DNA of 64,000 nt from an uncultured Methanosarcinaceae archaeon (GTDB lineage Archaea; Halobacteriota; Methanosarcinia; Methanosarcinales; Methanosarcinaceae). Every line of letters starts with the position of its first letter. Positions within the stretch are counted from its first letter, which is position 1. Shown here piece after piece: positions 31,406 through 42,417 of this stretch. Location: assembly GCA_963847185.1 (NCBI GenBank), contig CAWJYV010000010.1:256001-320000 (forward strand). The letters run 5' to 3'. The position numbers and the translations under genes are program-made. The notes under the pieces were generated by a model. That model was not told where the DNA came from and ran no database searches. It was given only the letters and a program-made list of their open reading frames with translations.

Positions 31406-33121
31406 ATGATTGGAGAAACGAGCACAGGATTAAAAGAAAAATCTCTGGAGAAAGCTCCAACTGGCATAAATGGTCTGGATGATATCACTTACGGAGGGCT
31501 ACCGAAAGGCCGTCCGACTTTGGTAACAGGAAGTGCGGGCTCAGGAAAGACCCTTATGTCTATGGAGTTCCTCGTCAAGGGAGCCCAAAAGTACTACGAG
31601 CCAGGGGTCTTCATGGCTTTTGAGGAAACAGCTGAGGATCTGACAAAGAATTTTGCCTCTCTAGGATTCGATCTGGATGAACTGGAAACCAGGAACAAGC
31701 TTGTAGTCGATTATGTCTATATTGATAAAAGCGAAATTGAGGAAACTGGGGAGTATGATCTGGAAGGCCTTTTTATAAGGCTTGGGTTAGCTATAGATTC
31801 CATAGGTGCCAAACGCGTGGTTTTGGATACATTAGAAGTCCTGTTCTCAGGATTTCAGAACGAGGCTATACTGCGCTCTGAGCTACGCAGGCTCTTCCGC
31901 TGGCTGAAAGAAAAGGGTGTGACAGCTATAGTTACCGGTGAACGGGGAGAAGCTTCTCTTACAAGATACGGATTAGAGGAGTATGTCGCAGACTGTGTTA
32001 TCCTCCTTGATAACAGGATGGAGAAACAGATAGCTACCAGGCGCCTGAGGATCATCAAGTACAGGGGATCCAGGCATGGCACCAACGAGTATCCCTTCAT
32101 GATAGAAAAAGATGGAATATCAGTTTTGCCCATCACGTCCCTGAGTCTGGAGCACGAGACTTCTACAGAAAGGATATCAACTGGTATAAAATCCCTGGAT
32201 ACAATGCTTGGAGGACAGGGATACTATTGTGGTAGCACCATACTTATTTCGGGAACAGCAGGAACAGGCAAGACCAGTTTTGCAGCTGAATTTGCCAAAG
32301 CTGCCTGTGACAGGGGAGAACGCTGTCTATATTTCGCATTTGAAGAATCCCCAAGCCAGATAATAAGGAACATGAGATCTATAGGCATAGACTTCCAGCC
32401 CTACATAGATACCGGACTCATGAAAATCAGTGCCTTCCGGCCAATGGCTTACGGCCTTGAGATGCATTTAATAGCCATGCGTAGGCTTATAGACACATTT
32501 GAACCATCCATTATAATTATAGATCCCATTTCGAACCTGACTAACGTGGGAACCCAAAGCGATGTCCAGATGACACTTACCAGGCTAATCGACTATTTGA
32601 AGCTTAAAAATATTACCGCTTTATGCACCAGCTTGATAGAGCTAGAGCACGAAAACATCGAGGGAATGTATGCCCAGGGCGTGTCTTCCCTTATGGATAC
32701 CTGGATCAACCTGCGCTTTTTCGAAAATAATAATGAGCGTAACCGTGGTATTTCAGTCATCAAGTCAAGGGGTATGGAGCATTCCAATCAGATCAGGGAA
32801 TACCTGCTAACTGATCATGGAGTGGAGATTCAGGATGTTTACCTTGGACCTTCAGGAGGCCTGCTTATGGGCTCGGCTAGGGTTGCCCAGGAGGCTAAGG
32901 ATATAGTTGAGATTACAGCTCAAAGACAGAATGTGGACCGGAGGAAGAGAGAGCTTGAGAGCAAGCTAAAATCTCTGGACGCTCAGATAACAGCGATAAA
33001 CTCTGAGTTTGAGGTGCATAAAGGAGAGCTTAATAAACTCATCTCCGAGGATGAACTCAGGACTAAGGCGCTGGCAAAGGACAGAAGTGACATGGCCCGA
33101 ATAAGAGGAGCGGACATATAA
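31406..33121 (+). CDS. kaiC: Circadian clock ATPase/kinase KaiC (double domain, KaiC2-like)
   Basis: Two P-loops GSAGSGKT and GTAGTGKT; EEYVADCV; GVSSLMDTWI phosphosite region; KSRGMEHS; long C-terminal coiled coil. Confidence 0.96.
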   Translation: MIGETSTGLKEKSLEKAPTGINGLDDITYGGLPKGRPTLVTGSAGSGKTLMSMEFLVKGAQKYYEPGVFMAFEETAEDLTKNFASLGFDLDELETRNKLVVDYVYIDKSEIEETGEYDLEGLFIRLGLAIDSIGAKRVVLDTLEVLFSGFQNEAILRSELRRLFRWLKEKGVTAIVTGERGEASLTRYGLEEYVADCVILLDNRMEKQIATRRLRIIKYRGSRHGTNEYPFMIEKDGISVLPITSLSLEHETSTERISTGIKSLDTMLGGQGYYCGSTILISGTAGTGKTSFAAEFAKAACDRGERCLYFAFEESPSQIIRNMRSIGIDFQPYIDTGLMKISAFRPMAYGLEMHLIAMRRLIDTFEPSIIIIDPISNLTNVGTQSDVQMTLTRLIDYLKLKNITALCTSLIELEHENIEGMYAQGVSSLMDTWINLRFFENNNERNRGISVIKSRGMEHSNQIREYLLTDHGVEIQDVYLGPSGGLLMGSARVAQEAKDIVEITAQRQNVDRRKRELESKLKSLDAQITAINSEFEVHKGELNKLISEDELRTKALAKDRSDMARIRGADI

Positions 33122-33133
33122 GTGAGGAATTTT

Positions 33134-33487
33134 ATGGAAAATGTGGCACAAAATAATTTCGAGCCTGTATCAGCTCAGCCTGATGATGTGTCTGATGAGA
33201 AGACTTACACTTTAAGGTTATATGTTGCTGGACAGACAAAAAAGAGCTTGGCTGCCTTTGCCAATTTAAAAAAGATTTGTGAGGAACATCTAAAAGGAAG
33301 ATATAAAATTGAAGTTGTAGATCTCCTGGAGAACCCACAATTAGCCAAAGGAGATCAGATATTAGCAATCCCTACGCTGGTTAGAAAACTTCCACAGCCG
33401 ATTAAAAAGATCATAGGTGACCTCTCAAATACGGAGCGTGTCTTGGTAGGTCTGGACCTGCTCCCTACGGAAAGTGATACTCAATGA
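33134..33487 (+). CDS. kaiB: KaiB
   Basis: [13 protein letters not shown]...C...[16 protein letters not shown]...IIGDLS. Confidence 0.95.
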   Translation: MENVAQNNFEPVSAQPDDVSDEKTYTLRLYVAGQTKKSLAAFANLKKICEEHLKGRYKIEVVDLLENPQLAKGDQILAIPTLVRKLPQPIKKIIGDLSNTERVLVGLDLLPTESDTQ

Positions 33488-33855
33488 CTGAGAACGAAGA
33501 AAACAAAGAGAATATTATTCTGAGGTTAAGGACTCTACAAAGCCTCGAAAAAACCCTGGAAAAGACAGAAAATGACAAATACGTTCTACGTCTATATGTT
33601 GCTGGGATGGGGCCCAAATCAATACAGGCAATAGACAATATTAAGCGTATACTTGAGGAGTATCTGCCTGGTAAGTACCAACTAGATATTATTGACATTT
33701 ACCAGTACCCCATTTTCGCTAAAGATGGTCAGATAGTAGCAGCTCCTACTCTCATAAAGGAACTTCCACCACCCTTGAGAAAGCTAATAGGCAGCATGTC
33801 GGATACTGAGAGGGTTCTAGTTGGAATGGATCTTTGGAAAAATAATAAAAAGTAA
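33484..33855 (+). CDS. kaiB: Second KaiB-like protein
   Basis: YVLRLYVAG...S..AI.N...[20 protein letters not shown]; ATGA overlap with the upstream kaiB. Confidence 0.92.
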   Translation: MTENEENKENIILRLRTLQSLEKTLEKTENDKYVLRLYVAGMGPKSIQAIDNIKRILEEYLPGKYQLDIIDIYQYPIFAKDGQIVAAPTLIKELPPPLRKLIGSMSDTERVLVGMDLWKNNKK

Positions 33856-33862
33856 TTAACTT

Positions 33863-35152
33863 TTGGAAAATAATATAGATTATGAGAGAAACAGTATAAA
33901 TATGACTTATGAAGAGACAAAAGGTAAATGGGGGCCATTATTGGGTAAAAATCAAGCCTTAGAAGACGAAATACATGACCTGAAAGACGAGATAAAGGAT
34001 CTTAGAGCACGTCTAGCAGAAGCTGAAGAACTCAGGCGTGCCATCAATGAGGGGGACCTGGATGCACTGGTGATACCTGGTTCAAGGGGCGAGATGATTT
34101 TTACCCTGGATAGTGCAGATCGTGCATACCGTGTCCTGGTGGAGACAATGAACGAGGGCACTGCCACTATAGCATACGATGGCACAATTCTTTACTGTAA
34201 CCATCACTTTGCAGAGATCATGAATATGCCTTCACATGCCATAGTAGGTACTTCGATCTATCAATTTATTGATCCTGCAGATAGGATTAACTTTGAAACA
34301 CTTCTGGAGCAGGGAAAAGGGAAAGATGAAATTAACTTTCGGATTGAAGGGAGAGCAATTCTTCCAGTCTACCTGTCCATCAGCTCGCTGCAGGTAGAGG
34401 GATCTCCAGATGCCTGGTGTCTTGTGGTCACAGACCTGACAGAGAAAAAGAAGAATGAAGAAACTCTTGCAAATGTCGAGATCATCCGTAAAAAGGAAAT
34501 TCATCACAGGATTAAAAATAACCTGCAGGTAATATCATCCCTTCTGGACCTGCAAGCTGAGAAATTCAATAACAGAAAATGCATTGAGGAATCTGAAGTT
34601 CTTGAAGCCTTCAGGGAAAGCCAGGACAGAGTGATGTCTATTGCACTTGTTCATGAGGAATTACACGAAGGTGAAGGAGCCGATACACTTAACTTCTCAT
34701 TATATCTTAAGAAGCTCGTTGAAAACCTTTTCCAGACTTATAGGCTTGGAAATACCAATATTAAATTAAATCTGGATCTTAGAGAAAATATTTTCTTTGA
34801 TATGGATACTGCTGTCCCACTGGGGATGGTTGTAAATGAACTTGTATCTAATTCCCTCAAGTATGCATTTCCAGATATGGATAAAGGTACAATTCAAGTT
34901 AAACTCTTTAGTGAAGAGGCTAGAGACGAGCCAAATTACTGCAAGGAGCCTACTGAACCTATTGAAAAATGTACAAAGTATACAATGATAGTCTGTGATA
35001 ATGGAATTGGCATTTCTGAAGAAATTGACTTTGAAAACACAGAAACGCTTGGTCTGCAGCTTGTAAACATTCTGGTTGACCAATTAGACGGTGAGATCGA
35101 ACTTAATAGGAATAATGGAACTGAATTTGTCATAGGATTCAGTACAGAATAA
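33863..35152 (+). CDS. PAS-domain sensor histidine kinase (HisKA_2)
   Basis: Coiled coil plus PAS (MNEG...DGTILYCN), EIHHRIKNNLQVISSLL, NELVSNSLKYAF, DNGIG and LGLQLV. Confidence 0.93.
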   Translation: MENNIDYERNSINMTYEETKGKWGPLLGKNQALEDEIHDLKDEIKDLRARLAEAEELRRAINEGDLDALVIPGSRGEMIFTLDSADRAYRVLVETMNEGTATIAYDGTILYCNHHFAEIMNMPSHAIVGTSIYQFIDPADRINFETLLEQGKGKDEINFRIEGRAILPVYLSISSLQVEGSPDAWCLVVTDLTEKKKNEETLANVEIIRKKEIHHRIKNNLQVISSLLDLQAEKFNNRKCIEESEVLEAFRESQDRVMSIALVHEELHEGEGADTLNFSLYLKKLVENLFQTYRLGNTNIKLNLDLRENIFFDMDTAVPLGMVVNELVSNSLKYAFPDMDKGTIQVKLFSEEARDEPNYCKEPTEPIEKCTKYTMIVCDNGIGISEEIDFENTETLGLQLVNILVDQLDGEIELNRNNGTEFVIGFSTE

Positions 35153-35724
35153 AAAGAGAATTAATAAAAAGACACAATTTCTCTACTTCTGTTGGTGTAA
35201 CATCCCGTATATACTTTTATTTTCCCTTGTATGAACTGTCTATAGATTCCACAGTATGTCTTATCTACTTCTTTTGTGCATGTATAAGAATCGTTTCGAT
35301 ACGCGGCACATTTCAAAGCATATTCGCATTCATTTGTCATCGATTAAGACTTAATTTCCTTCTTCTCTTACTCTTTCTGACCTTCCGCAGATGTCTTCAA
35401 AAAAATAACATTTTTCTTATTCTCGTTTTTGGAAAATTATTCGAAACTCTTCAGTTAGTATATCAACTGGAATCTCGGAATATCCGTAACCAGCCTGATT
35501 ACTTCTGCTTCAGAATATTTTTCGGTAACTGGAACCTTCGAATTTTACAAAATTCGGGATAGTTCTTTGTCAAAAAGGGCACGTGGGAGACATTCTTCAA
35601 CGTATCTCTCCCTTATATTAAAAGTAGTATTCTGGCGTTGTAGATAAAAAATGAAAGAATGGGTTTGAAATTACATATATTAGCCAGAGCTTGAATTTGC
35701 TTTAACATCCCTTTTCCTTTTACC

Positions 35725-37220
35725 TTAGTCCTTCGGGTCAAACTTTATAGCTCGATCGTACACAATCTCTGAGTAGGCTGGCCCGGTCTTTGTTGCGTTT
35801 TCCAGATAGGCTCTCCAGCCAATGAAGAGCGGCTGATCCGGTTCTATGCCGTGAACTCCCACACCGTAAGGAACCTCATAGCAGTATTGATCACCTTCGC
35901 TGCAGTTCCTGGCGAGCTTGTAGACATAGAGGTATTTCGCATTAGGACTGTTCGGGAGATATTCCTCGGCAGACCCACTGAAATCTGCATCTGTGATTGC
36001 TCTAACGCCATTCCACACATCCGCTCCATATATGGCGAAGTTCGAGTACGTTGCTTTTCCTGTAGCTACATGGTTTACTCCATAGACAATTATGAATTCA
36101 TTGGTATCATTGCCCAGAGTAATTGCCGGATCTCGCAGGAAAGGATAGTACAGCGAGGTGTTAAAGAAAGGAGGTGTAGGTGAAGAAGCAGTCTGATTTG
36201 CTGTCCATAGATAACACGCATCGTTGTTTGGACCTACTCCATTGATTCCTCTCTGGATAGCATCACTCCCTACAGGAACTGCCTGACTGATCGGAAGCTC
36301 TGTGGCATTCGACTCATTATACTTTTGGAGAATCGCATTCCTTAGCTCTTCGAGATCATCTTTAAGCTCAAACTCTGTTTGCCCGGTTCCACGGACTCTT
36401 AGCTCTGGATAATTATAAGGATCCAGCTCCGTAGATGTTGTTGGGGAGTAATCCGGAAAACAGTTGCAGGTGTATTATTTATGTAATCTTCGCCAGCCTG
36501 CGTGTCATTGAATAAGGCTGGGCGGACAAATGTAGCAAATGTATCGGAACCATTCTCCAGGCCCATGTTTAATATAGTTGAGGGAAGCACCTGGGTGTTA
36601 ATTATGCCATCCGAATACCCCGCTGATTGGGCAGCAGCCCGGATGCGTTGATCAATGCCTCTGTCGGCTGTAATGATTATTATCGTAGTTTGGTTGAAAG
36701 GATTTCCAGACGACCCGTTTGGAGTTCCTTCGGTTTTGATAACCAGGTTGTTCACTGTGTCTGCTATGTTGGAAAAAATCCATTTCCTCTCATTCCCAAT
36801 TATCCTGTGCATTATGAAATTATCGTAGCTGAAGTACCTGCATTCCGACGGTGTTCTTCCCACGAAAACAACAGCTTCATCAGGACGAAGGTTCCAGAAT
36901 GGAGTTGTATTTCCGCTCATCCCAAGCGCACTTGTTATTTTAGAGATCCGTGCATCTACTTCATAACCACTTGCCGCTGGAACAAAGAATGCCACATATT
37001 TTGTGGTTGGATTGTTTCCGTATGCAGAAGGCAATACTCCTTTCTCTAATAAACCTATTAAATCAAAGTAACCCAATTCACCTTCCTTTACGGTAAATCC
37101 GTCCTGTTCCAAAGCTTGCTGAAAAACTTCAGCTTCATACGTTTCATTCTCTGCGAGTCCAGTCCCTGTTAACACAGTGAACAAGACGCCAAGCAGTATA
37201 AGTAGCATATAATTTTTCAT
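35725..37220 (-). pseudogene. Secreted hypothetical protein of about 500 aa, split by one frameshift near 36440
   Basis: Signal peptide; the second frame runs ELDPYNYPELRVRGTG... unbroken into ORF 35725..36018. Confidence 0.8.
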
Positions 37221-37499
37221 ATACCATATCCCCATTAACAAATATCTTATCAAATCTTTAGTTTTGGATGTAATGTGTCAAAATTTTGCCAGCCAGTGAG
37301 TATATTATAATGTAGTTGTAGATTATATATAACGAATAGAATAATTTATCCTTAATAATAAACAGCCTTAAATTCCGGATAAAAGGTGTGTTCTTAGTGA
37401 AAACGGCAGGATGGAAAGAGACTGGCAGAAATGGAACTGCAGATCAACAATCCAATTTTGATTTTGTTTTTCAAACAGCATCTTGGTTGAAAATATCGC

Positions 37500-37596
37500 T
37501 TTTTAGGTCCCCGGGCTGCTCCACGCTCGACGAAGGAGAGCGGCCTTTTCCGTAAAGTCCGAAAAAAAACTGGAATTCCTGGATTTTATCAAACTA
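37500..37596. repeat. Dispersed ~95-bp repeat, inverted copy at 47776-47868
   Basis: CCACGCTCGACGAAGGAGAGCGGCCTTT versus AAAGGTCGCTCTACTTCGTCGATCGTGG. Confidence 0.8.
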
Positions 37597-37892
37597 TATT
37601 ATAAATAAACCTGAACCTCAAGACTTTCTATTTTAATCAATATAAATAACAAAGTAAAGCCCAAAAAGTAATCATTCAAAAAACAAACTTCAATTTTCGA
37701 CTAAAAAAATCAGAAAGCAGATTGAAAAGCCAAAATCAAAATAATTAAAATTTCGTTATCAAGACATAAGTAGAATCAAAAGCCCAAAACCAATAAACTA
37801 TTAAGTAAGCAATCACAAACGTTAACTGTTATTTTTACCGGATTTGAATTTCTTAACAATCATATTTTTGATCGATTTTGAAAGGTGTAATC

Positions 37893-38741
37893 ATGCCCCA
37901 TATAATGGAATTAGTCGGAAAAACAAGAGTAGTCATAAAGGATGGAAAAGTCATTGAAGTCGGAGAACCTGAAGTAGGATGGTGTCCTATCTTTGCCAAG
38001 GTGCGTGGAATTCAGAAGATAACTCCTGAAGAAGTCAAGAAGAACATGGAGTTTAGAATAAGTGATTTCGGGATGTTTACTGACAAACGCAAGCTGGAAC
38101 TTGAAGATTTTGTAGGATTCGGAGCTTCAGAAGTTATGATGACAGGTCTGAGCAGAGGTTTACTTGACACAACAGTAACAGCCTGCGAAGGCGCAGGAAC
38201 AGTTATTTCCAATAATCCTACCCTTGTTCAGGGTATGGGCGGCAGGATGTCAGGTCTTGTAGAAACCGAGCCTATCGAAGGCATCATAAAAGGGATCACA
38301 GAACGCGGCGGAATTGTACTTGACCCTTCAACTGCAAAAATGGATCCTGTTGCAGGCGTGAAAAAGGCAGCTGAACTCGGTAACAAAAAGATTGCAGTAA
38401 CTGCAGCCTTTGCCGAAACCGCAAAAGAGTTACGGAAGCTTGAAGCCGAACTCGGGCTTGATTTGATAATAATTGGAGTTCACGTTACGGGCTTAAGCAA
38501 GGAAGATGCCCAGACTCTTGTCGAAAATGCAGACATTACAACCAGCTGCGCTTCAAAGTACATGAGGGATCTTGTAAAGCCTCTTGCCCAGGTAGGAACG
38601 GCAGTTCCGCTTTTTGCCCTTACCCAGAAAGGAAAGGAACTTGTGATCGAAAGAGCAAAGGATATCAAAAGTCCAATTCTGATCAATACCATGCCTCTGC
38701 CTGTTCTGCCTGAAGAAAAGCAGCCCAGAGAACTAAAGTAA
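37893..38741 (+). CDS. Methanogenesis marker protein 8 (DUF2099)
   Basis: H.ME..GK.RV...CP.F, FGASE, CEGAGTV, QGMGGRMSGL, HVTG and CASK. Confidence 0.93.
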   Translation: MPHIMELVGKTRVVIKDGKVIEVGEPEVGWCPIFAKVRGIQKITPEEVKKNMEFRISDFGMFTDKRKLELEDFVGFGASEVMMTGLSRGLLDTTVTACEGAGTVISNNPTLVQGMGGRMSGLVETEPIEGIIKGITERGGIVLDPSTAKMDPVAGVKKAAELGNKKIAVTAAFAETAKELRKLEAELGLDLIIIGVHVTGLSKEDAQTLVENADITTSCASKYMRDLVKPLAQVGTAVPLFALTQKGKELVIERAKDIKSPILINTMPLPVLPEEKQPRELK

Positions 38742-39141
38742 AAAAACAAATAAAACAGGTTTTGAAATAACTTTAAATAGGCTTTATAAGCCTCTATTAT
38801 TCTTTTTTTCATTTTTCTTTATTTCTTTTTCCTCTTTTACTTTTTTCTTTTTAGCAGTGGGCTGGGAACTTTGGTCGATAAAATATAATGATCGCAATTA
38901 GTAGGCAGTTTCTTTTTTGAGACTCCATGTTGCCAGCGCAAAGCTACCACAGTACATCACTGCAAATAGCGCAATATTGGGTTAAGAGGTAAGAAATCAA
39001 AAAATTAGGTGTAAACTCGATATGGCAAATACAAAACTTGAGAATTGAGAAGAATTCCTGTCAAAAAATGAGAAACACTTCTTAGAACTATATATAGAGA
39101 TTCACACGATTAGAGACGTATCTAAAAATAAAGGTAATTTA

Positions 39142-39426
39142 ATGGCAACAAAAGATGAAGAAATGGAAGAAATAATCAAAAAAGCAAAAGAGCAAGTATT
39201 AAACTGGTATAACCCTGAAACAGATCGTGCTTTTATAGAAACTTCTATCTGGAGTGCTTCACCAGATTATGGAGAAGGTTCAGGGAATCTTACTAAATTA
39301 TTTATCTTACAGGGAGGGGAATCTAAAGGAACTATTTTAGCGGATTACTTTAATGGTACTGTTATTGCTTATGATAGGACTTTTAGCCAAACTCGCATAT
39401 GGAGAACCATTTTTAGGGAACAATAA
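39142..39426 (+). CDS. Hypothetical protein
   Basis: 94-aa ORF with AGGT RBS and plausible composition. Confidence 0.6.
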   Translation: MATKDEEMEEIIKKAKEQVLNWYNPETDRAFIETSIWSASPDYGEGSGNLTKLFILQGGESKGTILADYFNGTVIAYDRTFSQTRIWRTIFREQ

Positions 39427-39606
39427 CCAAATACTCAACTTATTTACTATCAACTTCCCATTTTGCTCAACATTCAGTAAGATATGTTGAGAATTTAAAA
39501 ATGAATTTTTTAGCCAGTTAACTACATAACAATTATGCTAATTTTCACGCAGGTCTTATCGCTACTTGGTACTTCAATTGCTTCCTAATTAATAATATTT
39601 CTCTCC

Positions 39607-39651
39607 AAAAATGGTATCAGAAACATGTATCTCATATTTCTGATACCATTT
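39607..39651 (-). terminator. Long hairpin downstream of the small ORF
   Basis: AAAATGGTATCAGAAA ... TTTCTGATACCATTTT. Confidence 0.6.
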
Positions 39652-39666
39652 TTTTATATAATTGAG

Positions 39667-39744
39667 TTAGGTATACACAGTTGGAATCTGAATTAGAAGA
39701 CCGTTATATATTATTGCCCTAATCAAACGCGGATCGATATACAT
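39667..39744 (-). CDS. Putative 25-aa small protein MYIDPRLIRAIIYNGLLIQIPTVYT
   Basis: GGAGG RBS, upstream TATA-like box, downstream hairpin 39607-39651. Confidence 0.45.
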   Translation of the reverse strand: MYIDPRLIRAIIYNGLLIQIPTVYT

Positions 39745-40068
39745 ACCAATTTCCTCCCCTTCTTAGCTGCTCTTTTTCTATGTAATATTTTAAGAAGGTT
39801 AGACATTTAATATTTTGTAAGTGTAAAACGAAATTTTAAGATGTGAAAACTAGTATTACAAAAACTTGTATGGAGGCTTCTTACTTCCAGTGCCTACATA
39901 ACCTTCTGATTAATCAACATCTTAACTCAAAATTAATCTAAAAAATAGAGTACTAAGAAACATGAAGTACATGTCTCCGATAAAGATATTTATCACAGTG
40001 CCTGATGAGTTTCTCAATCCCTTTTTAATCTATCGCGGCATTATGATTAAGTTCTAAATATAACAACT

Positions 40069-40146
40069 TCAATTTCCACGACGACAGCGGCCGGCGTTTC
40101 TACCGGGGAATGGACATCGATGATACATATGTAATGGTATAAACAT
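40069..40146 (-). CDS. Putative 25-aa small protein MFIPLHMYHRCPFPGRNAGRCRRGN
   Basis: GAGGTGA RBS; leader paralogous to that of 39667..39744. Confidence 0.4.
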   Translation of the reverse strand: MFIPLHMYHRCPFPGRNAGRCRRGN

Positions 40147-40487
40147 ATTATCTTCACCTCATATTAACTGCTCTTTTTTTATGATGTGCTTTAAGAGTGA
40201 TATGTACTTAATTACTTTTGTGTGTTAAGATGTTACAACTTGAGAATAGACATTGCCAAAACTTATATCGTAACTTTTTAACTGAATGTTACCTTTGTAT
40301 TTACTTTTACGAGATTTACAATTTCAACTGTTATTCTATAGCGAATGTTTATGCTTCCGCTGTAAAATTTTACACTTAAAGAATTTATAAGATACTTTGT
40401 CGTCCATGTGTGCCAAACTCCGTTGTCGATCCAAGCAAATGAGACCTTCTCCACTTTAAGTATTGAGAACGCGTTGCTCTTCATATA

Positions 40488-40615
40488 GAACAGATCCCAA
40501 AACTCAAACTTGCTTTTCTAAGTCCCTTATTCTAATAATCAATCTAGTTTCTGATCGTGAAAAATGATTCTAAAACTTTCTGATTTGAGAATAAAATTGG
40601 TTTTGGGATGAGCTC
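40488..40615. mobile_element. ~130-bp MITE, copy 1
   Basis: Ends GAACAGATCCCAAAAC / GTTTTGGGATGAGCTC; homologous to 55353-55483. Confidence 0.7.
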
Positions 40616-40698
40616 ATCCATAAATAGAAAAAAGAAAAAATTGCAGCGAGAATGAGGTTAGCTTTGGTATGGTTTTTCCCTTCATTTTTCCCATCCAC

Positions 40699-41013
40699 TC
40701 AGCTTCTTTTCAGTAAAAGTCCTGCTTCAAGATACTTGATTTCAGTTTCCATTTCCGCAAGTTTCATCCAAGTAAGATAAACATCTCTTAACAGTAAATA
40801 AAATGCAATTCCAACCATCAAATAGAAAGGAAATCCAAAGTGCGTTCCGATAGCAATCAATCCCAGAAGAAGAATAGCAAGATATAAAAGCTCTTTTTTC
40901 ATATCCATCATGTCTCGCCTCAGAATCATGGCTTTAGCTTCACGGTGGCTTATATCTCCTCTTTGCACCATAAACCAAATGTCAAAATCACGTATAACCT
41001 TCGAACGTTGCAT
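40699..41013 (-). CDS. 104-aa two-TM membrane protein, copy 1
   Basis: GAGGA RBS; near-identical copy at 55567..55881. Confidence 0.75.
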   Translation of the reverse strand: MQRSKVIRDFDIWFMVQRGDISHREAKAMILRRDMMDMKKELLYLAILLLGLIAIGTHFGFPFYLMVGIAFYLLLRDVYLTWMKLAEMETEIKYLEAGLLLKRS

Positions 41014-41375
41014 ATTTCCTCACTGATTAGGAATAAATAGTCAGCATACAAACCTCGACCCCGGCTATACGGCTATATATCCATTCAAATTTATTGCACC
41101 ACTACTATATATTCCAAGTCCTGTAAGTAGTACAAAACAGGACTGTTGAAGGCTCTTAGAGCAGTGTAAATCTGTCCGAATTAAAAGTAGAGAAGATCTG
41201 AAAGTGTCGCAAAGGTCATAAAACGATCGGAAATAGCCAGTACATGATTCTTATAACAAGTGGCTTTCAAAACATCCCAAACGACTTGATGGCAAGAAAT
41301 AAAGCTATGACTGAATCTGTTAATAATTTTTTAGTGGTATTTATTTACCCAAATTAGTCAAAAAGGGAAGGATGG

Positions 41376-41606
41376 TTAATATGCATACTGCCCTTCCACA
41401 TAAAAAATCTTACCTTTTTTATTTTCATCCTGAAATCGCATATTGTCCTTTTTATATGGTGTCATTTCTCCACAATGTGGACAATGTGCTACGCTGCCAT
41501 TTGTTGCTGATTCAAAAAATGATTTAGCATCTCCGAATTGAATAGGGGCGCGAAACCATCCACGACACGAAAGGCATTTAATCTCACAATTAACATATCT
41601 TACCAT
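41376..41606 (-). CDS. Zinc-ribbon small protein
   Basis: CLSC...CPHCG; GGTGGGG RBS. Confidence 0.75.
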   Translation of the reverse strand: MVRYVNCEIKCLSCRGWFRAPIQFGDAKSFFESATNGSVAHCPHCGEMTPYKKDNMRFQDENKKGKIFYVEGQYAY

Positions 41607-42332
41607 ATTTACCCCACCTTGGAATACTAATATGCAATGATTTGTATAAATACATTAGTATTGATTTTGGGGTTGACATTTTTTTCTTTGGTAATTTCTT
41701 GGTTTCATAAGATGTTTTCCAGAGGAATGTACTGCGAGTATTATGAAAGTTGTTTGTTTACTCAGCCATTACAAACTATGCAGGAATAGACAAGTTCTGG
41801 TCGATAAATCCCCGCTTCAATGTCAAAAAGCCAAGACCAATTATATAGCGCCGTCGCTTACTAAGGCCTTATAAAATGCTCAATATGCTTGCTCAGGAGA
41901 AGGCAGTGTAATCTGCTTCATTCAGAATTTAGAGATAGTTAAAACAGTCTTCACCTATTTACCAGAACTCCCAACATGACTTTTTTATATTATATTCTCC
42001 GAAAGTAATTTAATGTTTAACTTGCTATATTCCCATTTCTCCTGGATCAAGCTTTTAATATGAACTCTTGTATGTATATTCTCTTTTTATCTGGCAGTTC
42101 TTAATGTGCATCTGATCTTTGACAGGCAAAGTCCTCTGGATTGCTAACAACTCACCCAGAGCCTCTATACTTGATTAAAAATAGCTTTCTTGTCCCTCTT
42201 TATCCCCTCTCTTTATCCTAAAAATTCATTATTGAAGAGCTAGTTTAAAGGTACATTTAAGACGATTTGGTGGAAAATGTAAGGAAAAATAGTATTTAAC
42301 TTCATAGAATTTCCACCACATGTAATGCCAAT

Positions 42333-42405
42333 AGAAGCCCAGGGTCACTGCATCCGTTCACTGTATCCCCAATACAGTCTTTTTGACCATTAAGCTCCCC
42401 AAAAC
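42333..42405 (-). ncRNA. Structured non-coding motif, partial copy A
   Basis: Shares ~75 nt with copy B, including the CTGTAT-TGGGG-ATACAG hairpin. Confidence 0.45.
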
Positions 42406-42417
42406 AATTCAGAATCT

